IMG/VR virus record: IMGVR_UViG_3300037400_002553 | Coordinates: 1 to 64,000 of that record | Source: a virus | Taxonomy: Duplodnaviria > Caudoviricetes | DNA: 64,000 nt | Strand: one strand, 5' to 3' | In this document: one piece after another, positions 37,976 to 46,587 of the stretch | Numbering within the stretch: position 1 is the first letter of the stretch | Layout of the letters: each line of letters begins with the position of its first letter | The notes under the pieces: generated by a model | The model's database searches: none | The model's input: only the letters and a program-made list of their open reading frames with translations | What the model was told of the DNA's origin: nothing | Program-made: the position numbers and the translations under genes

Positions 37976-38689
37976 TTATAAATTATTACTCCATATTGTT
38001 TGTCCACTATTAGTGTCTTTTATGTACATTGCGGACGTTTCATTTATATCGTAGTTGCTTGTAAAATATGCCACAGTAGAGTTTACATTTACTGTACGAC
38101 TATTTGGGAAAGACGAATTCCAATAAGACACATAATTTTTATCTATGTCATAATAATATATAGGATTGCGTAATAAGAATGTTATCCTTGATGAGGGTAA
38201 AGTATTAGGAACGATAATTGAACATCCAATAGGGCTGGCACCAAAATTACGCGTATAATATCTAAAAATATAATTTCCCAAACTGATTTCCTTTTCACCC
38301 AAAATCACATATGCATCCTCTATTTGTTTATCTGGGAGATACCCCAATACTACATTTTCAACTTGGCTTATGTTTGTACATATAGATACATATTTACAAG
38401 GAGAAACATTTCTGAAATAGGAATATCCAGTAAAATATTCTACATATTGCCAAGTTTCTTGTTGTCTGTATAACTTACAATTATCGAAGTCTAATATATT
38501 TGTATCTCCTAAATATACTTTATGACTAAGATTTGAATCTAATTGTATATTCACAATACTTGCATAGTTAGCATCTTCTTCGAGGATAATATTTCCATTA
38601 CTTCTGACTATCTTATAACCATACAGCCAGGCATTTCCTATGCTTTGCATCTGCATCATCAGCCTTCTTCTCTCTAATAACGTACTCAT
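37976..38689 (-). CDS. Putative fibre tip protein (ERRRLMM N-terminus)
   Basis: MSTLLERRRLMMQ; ATGA overlap with the upstream stop; AGGAGG upstream. Confidence 0.6.
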   Translation of the reverse strand: MSTLLERRRLMMQMQSIGNAWLYGYKIVRSNGNIILEEDANYASIVNIQLDSNLSHKVYLGDTNILDFDNCKLYRQQETWQYVEYFTGYSYFRNVSPCKYVSICTNISQVENVVLGYLPDKQIEDAYVILGEKEISLGNYIFRYYTRNFGASPIGCSIIVPNTLPSSRITFLLRNPIYYYDIDKNYVSYWNSSFPNSRTVNVNSTVAYFTSNYDINETSAMYIKDTNSGQTIWSNNL

Positions 38690-39409
38690 GCAGCAATCCT
38701 CCTTTCTCTAGAATCACTACATAAAATATTGATTATTAAGAGTTTACCCCCCCCACACATTGGCGGATTTGAAGCTATAATGTTGCCTATTTGGAATATT
38801 CCAACGCCTGGATAAAATGCATTGTTAATATTGTCAATTACACCACAAATTCCATTTTTCAAATATGGGTAAAGGTCTAACAATGTATTACCATCTTCTA
38901 TTATTTTTAAATTTAAATGGTCTGCTTCCTTGTGCACTTTTAAATATTTCAAGTTGATTATCATAAACAAAAATATCATTTTCATTACCACTTCTTTTTC
39001 TCTGTCTATATGGCATTTCAACCCCATTTTTTAATATTTTAAGTTCACTATCAGTAACATAAATTTTGTAATTTGCACTTTCTTCCTGGGAAAAATTAGA
39101 TATTACTTGAATTGTTGGAGAAGTTGTTTTTCCAACTCTCCCTTGAATAATATTACCTCCATAAACCCCACTCTTTAATATTACACAACCACAAAATTTA
39201 TTTTCCCATACATCAAGGTCTTTACGATTGCTTATACCAAAACCAACAATATTTGGAACATTTTCAAATTCAAAAATAAATCTAGTTTTTTTATTATATA
39301 TGTATGATACTGGGATATAAGATGATGTATTATAATTCATTATCCAATCAATGTATCCACTTTCTCTACCCATTATCACATTTCTCCTATTTAACAATTC
39401 CTTACTCAT
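38686..39409 (-). pseudogene. Fibre tip gene split by a +1 frameshift at an A5 run (ORFs 38888..39409 and 38686..39027)
   Basis: NRRNVIM N-terminus; removing one A at 38904-38908 joins ...PFKFK to IIEDGNTLLDLYPYLKNG...FYPGVG, a typical C-terminal end for this domain type. Confidence 0.55.
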
Positions 39410-39743
39410 CTCTATGTGGTTGATTTTTCGCCCAAGTTATTGCTTCTTCTACAAAGTTATAATATTCCTGAAATGCTTCTGGTTCTACATCTCTCTTCCT
39501 TTGTACTTCAAATTCTTGGTTAATAGAATATCTCTCTCTTATTTTACCTTCTACTAATTCTTCAACAGTAGGTAAATATGGTTCTGGTTCTGGAGCCACA
39601 TATTCTTCCCATCCTTCATTCATAAAAACCTCTAAGGTAGGGTTAAATATCATAAAACCATCTATCGTAATAGATGTTAATACCTTACCGTTCTTCACTG
39701 TAAATGTTCTTATAACTCCGTCTTTTATAAATGTCTTACTCAT
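39402..39743 (-). CDS. Putative tail fibre assembly/chaperone protein
   Basis: IRERYSINQE...QRKRD..PE.F.EY..F.E motif; directly after the fibre gene. Confidence 0.55.
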   Translation of the reverse strand: MSKTFIKDGVIRTFTVKNGKVLTSITIDGFMIFNPTLEVFMNEGWEEYVAPEPEPYLPTVEELVEGKIRERYSINQEFEVQRKRDVEPEAFQEYYNFVEEAITWAKNQPHRDE

Positions 39744-39770
39744 AATATATAGTAGTATTTTAAATATTTT

Positions 39771-41978
39771 TTATGATTGAGAAGGTAGTGTTATTTCAGC
39801 AAATACACCAATATGTTCCATAATTGACACCTCGAATATTTTCCCACTTGTTCCACCGTCAAATACTGGTACTATTCCAGCATTCCAATTAATAGGATAA
39901 GACATGTCGAAGTCAATTGTTAGTGTATCACCAGGTGCTATATTGATTAAGAAGTGGTATTCTTGTACGTTTGTACTTCCAGAATCATAGATAAATGATA
40001 ATGTCACATTATCAACTCCTTCTTCTAATACGTATAGTGTGTTTGCACTAATTAATGTCATTCCACTAGTAATACCAGAATCAATTATCACTATTGGTGT
40101 TTCACCTAAATTATTGATTACTTCTTGTACTGTGCTTGCAGATGTTATATTTGAGCCATTGTAATCACCTATACCGTTAACATATAAGTCTCCGTTGTTC
40201 ATCACTTCAATGGCATTCTTTCTATCATAAATAGAGGTACCTATACCGATTGAATCAATAGTTAATCCACTATGTGTTTCATTATATATACCACTTGCGC
40301 GTTCATAATTATTGCTTGTCTTTGTCCCGTATCCCTCTGAGTGGGAAGCGATTCCAATGGCGGTAGTTGCCTGTCCTTCAGCATGTGAAGATGCACTTAC
40401 AGCAACATTACTCCTTGTTACGACTCCACAACCACCACCATATGCTGTATCAGTTTTAAGTGTGTCTGGTGGATAAACATTTACAATCTCACTATAGAAT
40501 AATGGGTTAATTGTAAAAACATATGTATATTTTGTAACTCCACTAACTTCTTCTTGTGTTTTTATTGTTTCTGATATTGGTAACACTCTCCTAAAATCAG
40601 CCACATCAGTTAAATAAATAACCCTGATTTCATTTATATCAACATCCGTTATAGTTGTAACTGTTACCGTGTGTGCCGTATCATCATGAGAATAATTTTC
40701 CCAATCATAAAACTGTATAGAATTATAATTTCCGCCCTCTGAGTGTGAAAAATTACCAATCGCAATATTTTCGCTTCCCTCTGCATGTGAACTATTACCA
40801 TACGCACAAGTATTATGTCCTTCACCATGCGCTGCTTGATTTACTGCAACGCCTTGTTGCCCTTCTGCCTGGGAGTTTTGCCCTAATGCCTGAGAACCAG
40901 ACCCAGTGGCAGTAGATGCCGTTCCCATTGCCTTAGTATTACAACCTCTTGCATTTGCCCAAAAATTAGATGCTTCAGTACCCTCTCCTTCGGCATGAGA
41001 ATAATGCCCAGAAGCAATTGTATTATATCCTTCGGCGTGTGAATAAGAGCCAGAAGCAGTTGTCCCGTTTCCTTCTGCGTGAGAATCTCCCCCAGATGCC
41101 GTTGTCCCGTTTCCTTCAGCATGAGAGGCAGTATTAGAAGCGGTCGTACCATTTCCTTCAGCGTGTGAATAAGAGCCAGAAGCAGTTGTTCTATTACCTT
41201 CTGCATGTGCCCCGAAATGTCCAGATGCCGTTGTAAGATTTCCCTCTGAGTGTGAATATTGCCCAGATGCCTTTGTTTGATATCCTTCAGAATGGGCTGC
41301 AGAGAGTAAAGCACCAGTTTCCTCGACTAAATCTACCGTCGTAAAAGTAGTTGTCGCAGTAATTGGTATTTCAGTATCGAACCTGACATCATAACCAGAA
41401 GTACTAATATTAATTACATTGGCATAAGCAGTAAAACTACTTAATAATTTTTTGAATCTAACAGTGTTTCCTAAAGCCAATTTACCAATCATTGATTCGG
41501 AGAATATAGCGATGTCTCTATTCTCTATATTAACGGTACATTTGGGCAAACTCACTACATTTCTGTACCCGCCAACTCCTTCTGCGTGTGCAGAAGCGCC
41601 ATCGGCCAATGTTCCGCTACCCTCAGCATGAGAAGAAGCACCATTGGCCACAGTATCAGTTCCTTCTGCGTGGGCAGAAGATGCACTAGCAACCGTATTA
41701 CGACCCTCGGCAAATGAATTAGCCCCAGTTGCGGTATTATTTCCAACAACAGCAAAACTTGTTGCGCCAGTATCAAAGATATAACCCTCAGCCGATATAG
41801 TATTAGACGAATCTATTGAAATATTTGTTCCAGGTATCAACGTGTCCTGTTTATTCCCTATTTCAGAATTAATCTTTTCAGAACTCCATGTTGAACCTGT
41901 GTCTATTACACCATCATTAATTAAATAAGAGACCTTAACACGTCTTACATAATTGTCATATTGATTTACATTACTCAT
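39771..41978 (-). CDS. Tail fibre with YadA/Hep-Hag-like 14-aa (S/A)HAEG repeats
   Basis: Many SHAEGxxTxASGxx repeats, TWSSEKI motif, IGIGT...RKNAIEV neck-like segment, C-terminal adapter domain. Confidence 0.8.
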   Translation of the reverse strand: MSNVNQYDNYVRRVKVSYLINDGVIDTGSTWSSEKINSEIGNKQDTLIPGTNISIDSSNTISAEGYIFDTGATSFAVVGNNTATGANSFAEGRNTVASASSAHAEGTDTVANGASSHAEGSGTLADGASAHAEGVGGYRNVVSLPKCTVNIENRDIAIFSESMIGKLALGNTVRFKKLLSSFTAYANVINISTSGYDVRFDTEIPITATTTFTTVDLVEETGALLSAAHSEGYQTKASGQYSHSEGNLTTASGHFGAHAEGNRTTASGSYSHAEGNGTTASNTASHAEGNGTTASGGDSHAEGNGTTASGSYSHAEGYNTIASGHYSHAEGEGTEASNFWANARGCNTKAMGTASTATGSGSQALGQNSQAEGQQGVAVNQAAHGEGHNTCAYGNSSHAEGSENIAIGNFSHSEGGNYNSIQFYDWENYSHDDTAHTVTVTTITDVDINEIRVIYLTDVADFRRVLPISETIKTQEEVSGVTKYTYVFTINPLFYSEIVNVYPPDTLKTDTAYGGGCGVVTRSNVAVSASSHAEGQATTAIGIASHSEGYGTKTSNNYERASGIYNETHSGLTIDSIGIGTSIYDRKNAIEVMNNGDLYVNGIGDYNGSNITSASTVQEVINNLGETPIVIIDSGITSGMTLISANTLYVLEEGVDNVTLSFIYDSGSTNVQEYHFLINIAPGDTLTIDFDMSYPINWNAGIVPVFDGGTSGKIFEVSIMEHIGVFAEITLPSQS

Positions 41979-42022
41979 ATTATATAAAATAGAACATTGT
42001 TTTTTTTTCTTATATTTTTTTA

Positions 42023-43759
42023 TTATTCTATCACAGCGTCTTCTACAGTCCAGTTATCTGGGATACCGTTCTTGTCTCTTGTCCAACTTGTTGCATCTTG
42101 GTGTTTAACAAATGTGCCACTACTTGCCACACCATTCACCCAATTAATAGTACTATTATTTTGATTTATGCCATTAACAGCAAGACATTTAATATAATTT
42201 AAACTACTACAACCATTGAACATATCACCATAACAACTACTTGCCAATGTAGTTGCTGGTAATTCTGGCGCGGTTGTTAATCTACTACAACTAGAGAACA
42301 TAGCAGCATAACACCATTCTGCTAATGTAGTAGCGGGCAACTCAGGTACATCTGTTAAACTTGTGCAACCTTTGAACATACTAGTATAACAATAATTAGC
42401 CAATGTTGTTGCTGGTAACTCTGGAGCCGTCGTTAAACTTGTGCAACCTTGGAACATATAGTTATAGCACGCTTCAGACAATTCAGTTGCTGGTAATACT
42501 ATCCTTTTTTCTTCTGTCATAAATATAGGCGTTGCGGCAAATAATGAATCAAAAATACCATCTTGCCCATTTGCAAACACTGTTAAATCATATAATTTTG
42601 AAAAATCATCCATTCCAAGAAGCGACATAATATTACCATATACTAAACATGGTTTATCAATTCTAAATGAATTTGTTGCATATGCGTCATTATATCCAGA
42701 GATACCGTTATTTCTAAAACTATCCGATTTAAACCTTATTTTATCGCCTGAGTTTATTGTTATGATATCTGGCGTATCATCGTCTACGTCTTTAAATGTT
42801 ATTTCTCCCCAAACGCCATTATTGATTGAATAATAAATTGTGGCATTGATAGGGTCAACATCCCAATCTGCACCTTCTGAGTATATAAATGTAATATTTG
42901 TGTCATCATTTAATGCTTCGAATGTTAAGTATTCTTTCCTCATATCCTTTGGTATCTCATGATTCTCAATTCCACTAATAAAATCAGCCGTTTTAAATAC
43001 AACCAATTCTCCATCATCGTTCATTGATATATCACATTCTGAGATTGGAAAATCTATATAACTATTTACACAAGTAGGTTTAAATATATTTGTATTACAA
43101 TCTTTTCCTGTTACTCTAATTTTATTAATTGTTTGTTTACCCGTTTCAGAATTTACACAAGGTAAAATTTTGTTATTATATACGCCATTAACATAACCAT
43201 TTAATGAATAATCTTCTCCATTATTACCAAATGTATATTCGCCGTCTTTTTGTAATATATTTTTAAAATCAAAAGGCGCTTCGTTATTATAGTCATCTTT
43301 CATGTAATATATTATGCCTTTACTGTTTTCAGTATCAGCGAACTCAAATCTCCTATCGCCATTATCGAGACTATATTTAATTTCCCATACATTGATATTG
43401 CATTCATCAAAATACCCGTCACTATTACTGTTTAAACATACAAAGCCATTTTCATTTAAACTATTCGTTGTATTAGCAAACAAAATTAAGTCAAATGGAT
43501 GCTCGGCAGAACTAATACTTTCATCCTCACTATATACCTTTGTTACATAGTCAGTCATCCTATATAACATACCAGGTTTTAATTTACCATTATCTCTTAA
43601 AGAAACCAATTCATTATATGTAACATTAGTCATTAAATCAGTTGTAATACCAGTTAATGCATCTGCCACATATTGTTTAATCCATTTCTTTGCATCCTCT
43701 ATATTGGTTTTTAAGCCATAATAGTTTAATATTTCATATGTTTTATCTGTATCTGCCAT
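42023..43759 (-). CDS. Tail-associated protein with C-terminal LPATTLA leucine-rich repeats
   Basis: TYNELVSLRDNGKL..YRMTDY, KGIIYYMKD, four LPAT(T/E)L..CY..MF repeats. Confidence 0.7.
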   Translation of the reverse strand: MADTDKTYEILNYYGLKTNIEDAKKWIKQYVADALTGITTDLMTNVTYNELVSLRDNGKLKPGMLYRMTDYVTKVYSEDESISSAEHPFDLILFANTTNSLNENGFVCLNSNSDGYFDECNINVWEIKYSLDNGDRRFEFADTENSKGIIYYMKDDYNNEAPFDFKNILQKDGEYTFGNNGEDYSLNGYVNGVYNNKILPCVNSETGKQTINKIRVTGKDCNTNIFKPTCVNSYIDFPISECDISMNDDGELVVFKTADFISGIENHEIPKDMRKEYLTFEALNDDTNITFIYSEGADWDVDPINATIYYSINNGVWGEITFKDVDDDTPDIITINSGDKIRFKSDSFRNNGISGYNDAYATNSFRIDKPCLVYGNIMSLLGMDDFSKLYDLTVFANGQDGIFDSLFAATPIFMTEEKRIVLPATELSEACYNYMFQGCTSLTTAPELPATTLANYCYTSMFKGCTSLTDVPELPATTLAEWCYAAMFSSCSRLTTAPELPATTLASSCYGDMFNGCSSLNYIKCLAVNGINQNNSTINWVNGVASSGTFVKHQDATSWTRDKNGIPDNWTVEDAVIE

Positions 43760-43874
43760 AATAATCTGTATTATAGATTGTTTTAATTAAATTTGTATCG
43801 TTTTACTATACTAATAAAATAGTACATTTTCATTAGTTTTGGGCTATTTTCACTTATACTGAAAACGAACCGTT

Positions 43875-44165
43875 TTATATATACATAATACCATTTTTTA
43901 TTCCTTCATCAGTTAACTCAATGTAAGCAACATTATTACTAATTTCATCTGCACTGTATATAATACCATTTTTAATATATACGTCACCTCCACCGAACCA
44001 CAATTCATGTATTTCATCATCAGTAATAAATGTGTACCCGTCTTTGACGAGGTACATTGCTTCAGGGTCATAGCTGTAGCCACCAACGGTGCCACCGTTG
44101 ATTAATATCTCGTAATTCTCACGAGAGATTTTTATGATTGTTTCTAATTTTCCTATATTTGCCAT
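43875..44165 (-). CDS. Small fibre-associated protein
   Basis: 96 aa; KISRENYEIL...MYLVKD motif resembling short fibre-shaft motifs. Confidence 0.55.
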   Translation of the reverse strand: MANIGKLETIIKISRENYEILINGGTVGGYSYDPEAMYLVKDGYTFITDDEIHELWFGGGDVYIKNGIIYSADEISNNVAYIELTDEGIKNGIMYI

Positions 44166-44225
44166 TTTTTATTAAAAAATTTACTATATAATGGTATTTT
44201 TTTTGTTATTTGGATGTATTTATAT

Positions 44226-44300
44226 AACAGAGAGCAACTTCGATGACTCCTTTGATTGGTACCTGTGGTACGTGAGGATGTTGGGTCTGCTCTCTTTTTT
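44226..44300 (+). ncRNA. Putative small structured RNA A
   Basis: GTATTTATATA upstream, AGAGAGCA/TGCTCTCT closing stem, T6 tail, no plus-strand gene upstream. Confidence 0.45.
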
Positions 44301-45051
44301 AATATATTCTATAATACGTTATCCAGTTCTTCTTATCAGTACTATTAATATTGTTTTTCATCGCCCTATATTTATAATGATAAATACTTTTACGGCGAGG
44401 GCATCTAGATACTATTGGTATTATAGTTATTGTATTTCTTAATCCACAACCCCTATTATTTGTCTTTATTTTGTTTAGAAACGAGTGAGACAAATTATTT
44501 TTAGACGATAAACCAATAAGTTTTACTAAATGTTTTTTATTACGCATTATTTTTTTACCACGCTCAACATAACTCCAAAAAGTCTCCTTATACGAACGTT
44601 GATGTTGTTTTTTATAACGTCTAGTTCTGGATATTACATTATATGAGTCAATAGTTAATTTTCTAATACATATAATATTACCGTCTCGGATAATAAAATT
44701 TTGTGAGGTTGTGTTTGCATTTAAATTTCTTGCCTTTCTGACAAATTGTTTTACATATTCTACATCATTCATTTTAGAAAAATCTAAATTCTCTGGCACT
44801 GTAAATATACATGCGATACCCCACACCATTTCATTTTCGTTAATAGGATACGGTTTGACATATGAATAACCAACATCGTGTTCTTCATCTTTATATTTCA
44901 CCATGCCATCTTGAAAATAATACTGCATTCCAGGCACAGAATTAGGCCTTATTACTCTACCAAACACAACTGTAGGCATATCACCAATTGGTAATATGTT
45001 ATATAACTTATCATCTTGCCTATTATGTACTCTACTTACAAATTGTCCCAT
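44299..45051 (-). CDS. Hypothetical protein, paralog A, basic C-terminal half
   Basis: Shares GDMPTVVFGRVIR.NSVPGMQYYF.DG and DVEYVKQF.RKA.NLNA.TTS with 45291..46067. Confidence 0.8.
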   Translation of the reverse strand: MGQFVSRVHNRQDDKLYNILPIGDMPTVVFGRVIRPNSVPGMQYYFQDGMVKYKDEEHDVGYSYVKPYPINENEMVWGIACIFTVPENLDFSKMNDVEYVKQFVRKARNLNANTTSQNFIIRDGNIICIRKLTIDSYNVISRTRRYKKQHQRSYKETFWSYVERGKKIMRNKKHLVKLIGLSSKNNLSHSFLNKIKTNNRGCGLRNTITIIPIVSRCPRRKSIYHYKYRAMKNNINSTDKKNWITYYRIY

Positions 45052-45124
45052 ATCTTTTACTATATAATATTTCTATATATAATAAATACTTTCTACGCAG
45101 AAAAACAAACACATATTAACAACA

Positions 45125-45149
45125 AAAATAACCGCCAAGAAATTGACGG
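45125..45149 (-). terminator. Probable terminator for the paralog B transcript
   Basis: CCG-CAA-GAAA-TTG-CGG imperfect hairpin followed by TTATTTTTG on the minus strand. Confidence 0.45.
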
Positions 45150-45217
45150 CTATAAAAATATTTTTAGAAAAAAATTACTTTTTCTTGCATTTTTTTAATA
45201 TATGGTAGTATTTATAT

Positions 45218-45292
45218 ATGGCGAACGACATTCATAAAACCTTATTCCAATGACTTTTGTCTCGGTGGTATTTGAAGCTGTTCGTTTTTTTT
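45218..45292 (+). ncRNA. Putative small structured RNA B
   Basis: GTATTTATATA upstream, GCGAAC/GTTCGT closing stem, internal TTCA/TGAA and ACC/GGT helices, T8 tail. Confidence 0.45.
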
Positions 45293-46067
45293 ATACCTCT
45301 TTCAGTTTCCATCCGCCTACTATACCTTCTTCGAAGTTGTACCATTTAGCGGTTCGTATAAATTCATGCCTTTCTCCTGTTGTGTTATATTTAACTCGTT
45401 GAAGTCCAGAATTCTCGTATTTGACTTTATATTTTACTCTTCCAACTGGTATTAATGTGAATTTATTTGGCTTATTTTTTGTTTGCCCTAATAAGGGGTT
45501 TTCAATATGTCCATCATGCCCATTTAAAAAATCAGAAAAACGCTCACCTTCAGACATTGAAACCTCTCCGCAAACACTATTTACTTTTCTATATACTGGC
45601 TCATCGTTATATATTTTTTTCCTCCTTTTACAAGTAACTACAACATATTTTCCTGGTGCATCTAATGGTTTAATACATTTAATATGACCATTCTCAATAA
45701 CATAATATGGAGAAGTTGTTTTAGCATTTAAATTTTGTGCTTTTCTACAAAATTGCTTAACATATTCCACATCAGATAACTTGGAATAATCAAAATTATC
45801 AGGTATTGTAAATATACAAGGAGTACCCCATTTATCCTCACCTAATTCCTGTTCTTCAACCGCATAAGGTGTAACGTGTTCAAAAGTTTTGGAACTTCCT
45901 TCTACATGCCATTTAACCCATCCATCTGGAAAATAATATTGCATTCCAGGAACGCTATTTTCTCTAATTACTCTACCGAATACAACTGTCGGCATATCTC
46001 CAAGAGGTAATATATTATACACTTTACCATCTTCTTTACTATGAACTCTACTAGCGAAATTTCCCAT
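45291..46067 (-). CDS. Hypothetical protein, paralog B
   Basis: Tandem paralog of 44299..45051. Confidence 0.8.
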   Translation of the reverse strand: MGNFASRVHSKEDGKVYNILPLGDMPTVVFGRVIRENSVPGMQYYFPDGWVKWHVEGSSKTFEHVTPYAVEEQELGEDKWGTPCIFTIPDNFDYSKLSDVEYVKQFCRKAQNLNAKTTSPYYVIENGHIKCIKPLDAPGKYVVVTCKRRKKIYNDEPVYRKVNSVCGEVSMSEGERFSDFLNGHDGHIENPLLGQTKNKPNKFTLIPVGRVKYKVKYENSGLQRVKYNTTGERHEFIRTAKWYNFEEGIVGGWKLKEV

Positions 46068-46075
46068 AATATTAA

Positions 46076-46510
46076 TTAATATTTTTTGTTTTCTTTATAT
46101 TTTTTATAGGCATTATCTCTTTGTTCTTTTGTTAAAAAGAATCCATTGTTATTGATATATGCTTCGTATATTATTTTCTCATATACATGTCTATCATCCA
46201 TATTTTTAAATGATTCATCGAATAATTTCAAATCATCTATGGTGATATTCATATGTTTACATAATTCTGGTACCAGGAATTTACCTGCAGCCATTGGTGT
46301 TTTCTTACAATGCTCTAATTCATAATCTATGAATTTCTTTTTAGGCATTGTTTTATAGAAGAATATATCTGTTCCTTTACCTCTTGCATTCATGAATAGT
46401 TTATATAATTTAGGTTCATCCTGAAATTCAATATAATCCTTATCATGCGAGGTATAATCATTATATTCCTTAAAAAATACCTGACTTCCTATTTCTATTC
46501 GTTTATTCAT
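46076..46510 (-). CDS. Hypothetical protein
   Basis: 144-aa ORF, 8 nt upstream of paralog B. Confidence 0.75.
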   Translation of the reverse strand: MNKRIEIGSQVFFKEYNDYTSHDKDYIEFQDEPKLYKLFMNARGKGTDIFFYKTMPKKKFIDYELEHCKKTPMAAGKFLVPELCKHMNITIDDLKLFDESFKNMDDRHVYEKIIYEAYINNNGFFLTKEQRDNAYKKYKENKKY

Positions 46511-46587
46511 AATGTTATTTAATTATTATAATTGTTTTGTATGAATACCATCCGACATAATCTCTCAAGATTGTTCTTACATTTATA

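Noticed and set aside
32776-39409. Diversity-generating retroelement acting on the tip genes
   Set aside because: No reverse transcriptase gene and no template/variable repeat pair differing only at adenines was seen in the window
33728-39409. Invertase-driven shufflon of tip genes
   Set aside because: No recombinase gene or flanking inverted repeats were found, and all tip genes are co-oriented
40800-41700. CRISPR array or non-coding tandem repeat
   Set aside because: The 42-nt periodicity is the in-frame HAEG protein repeat; there are no constant repeats with unique spacers
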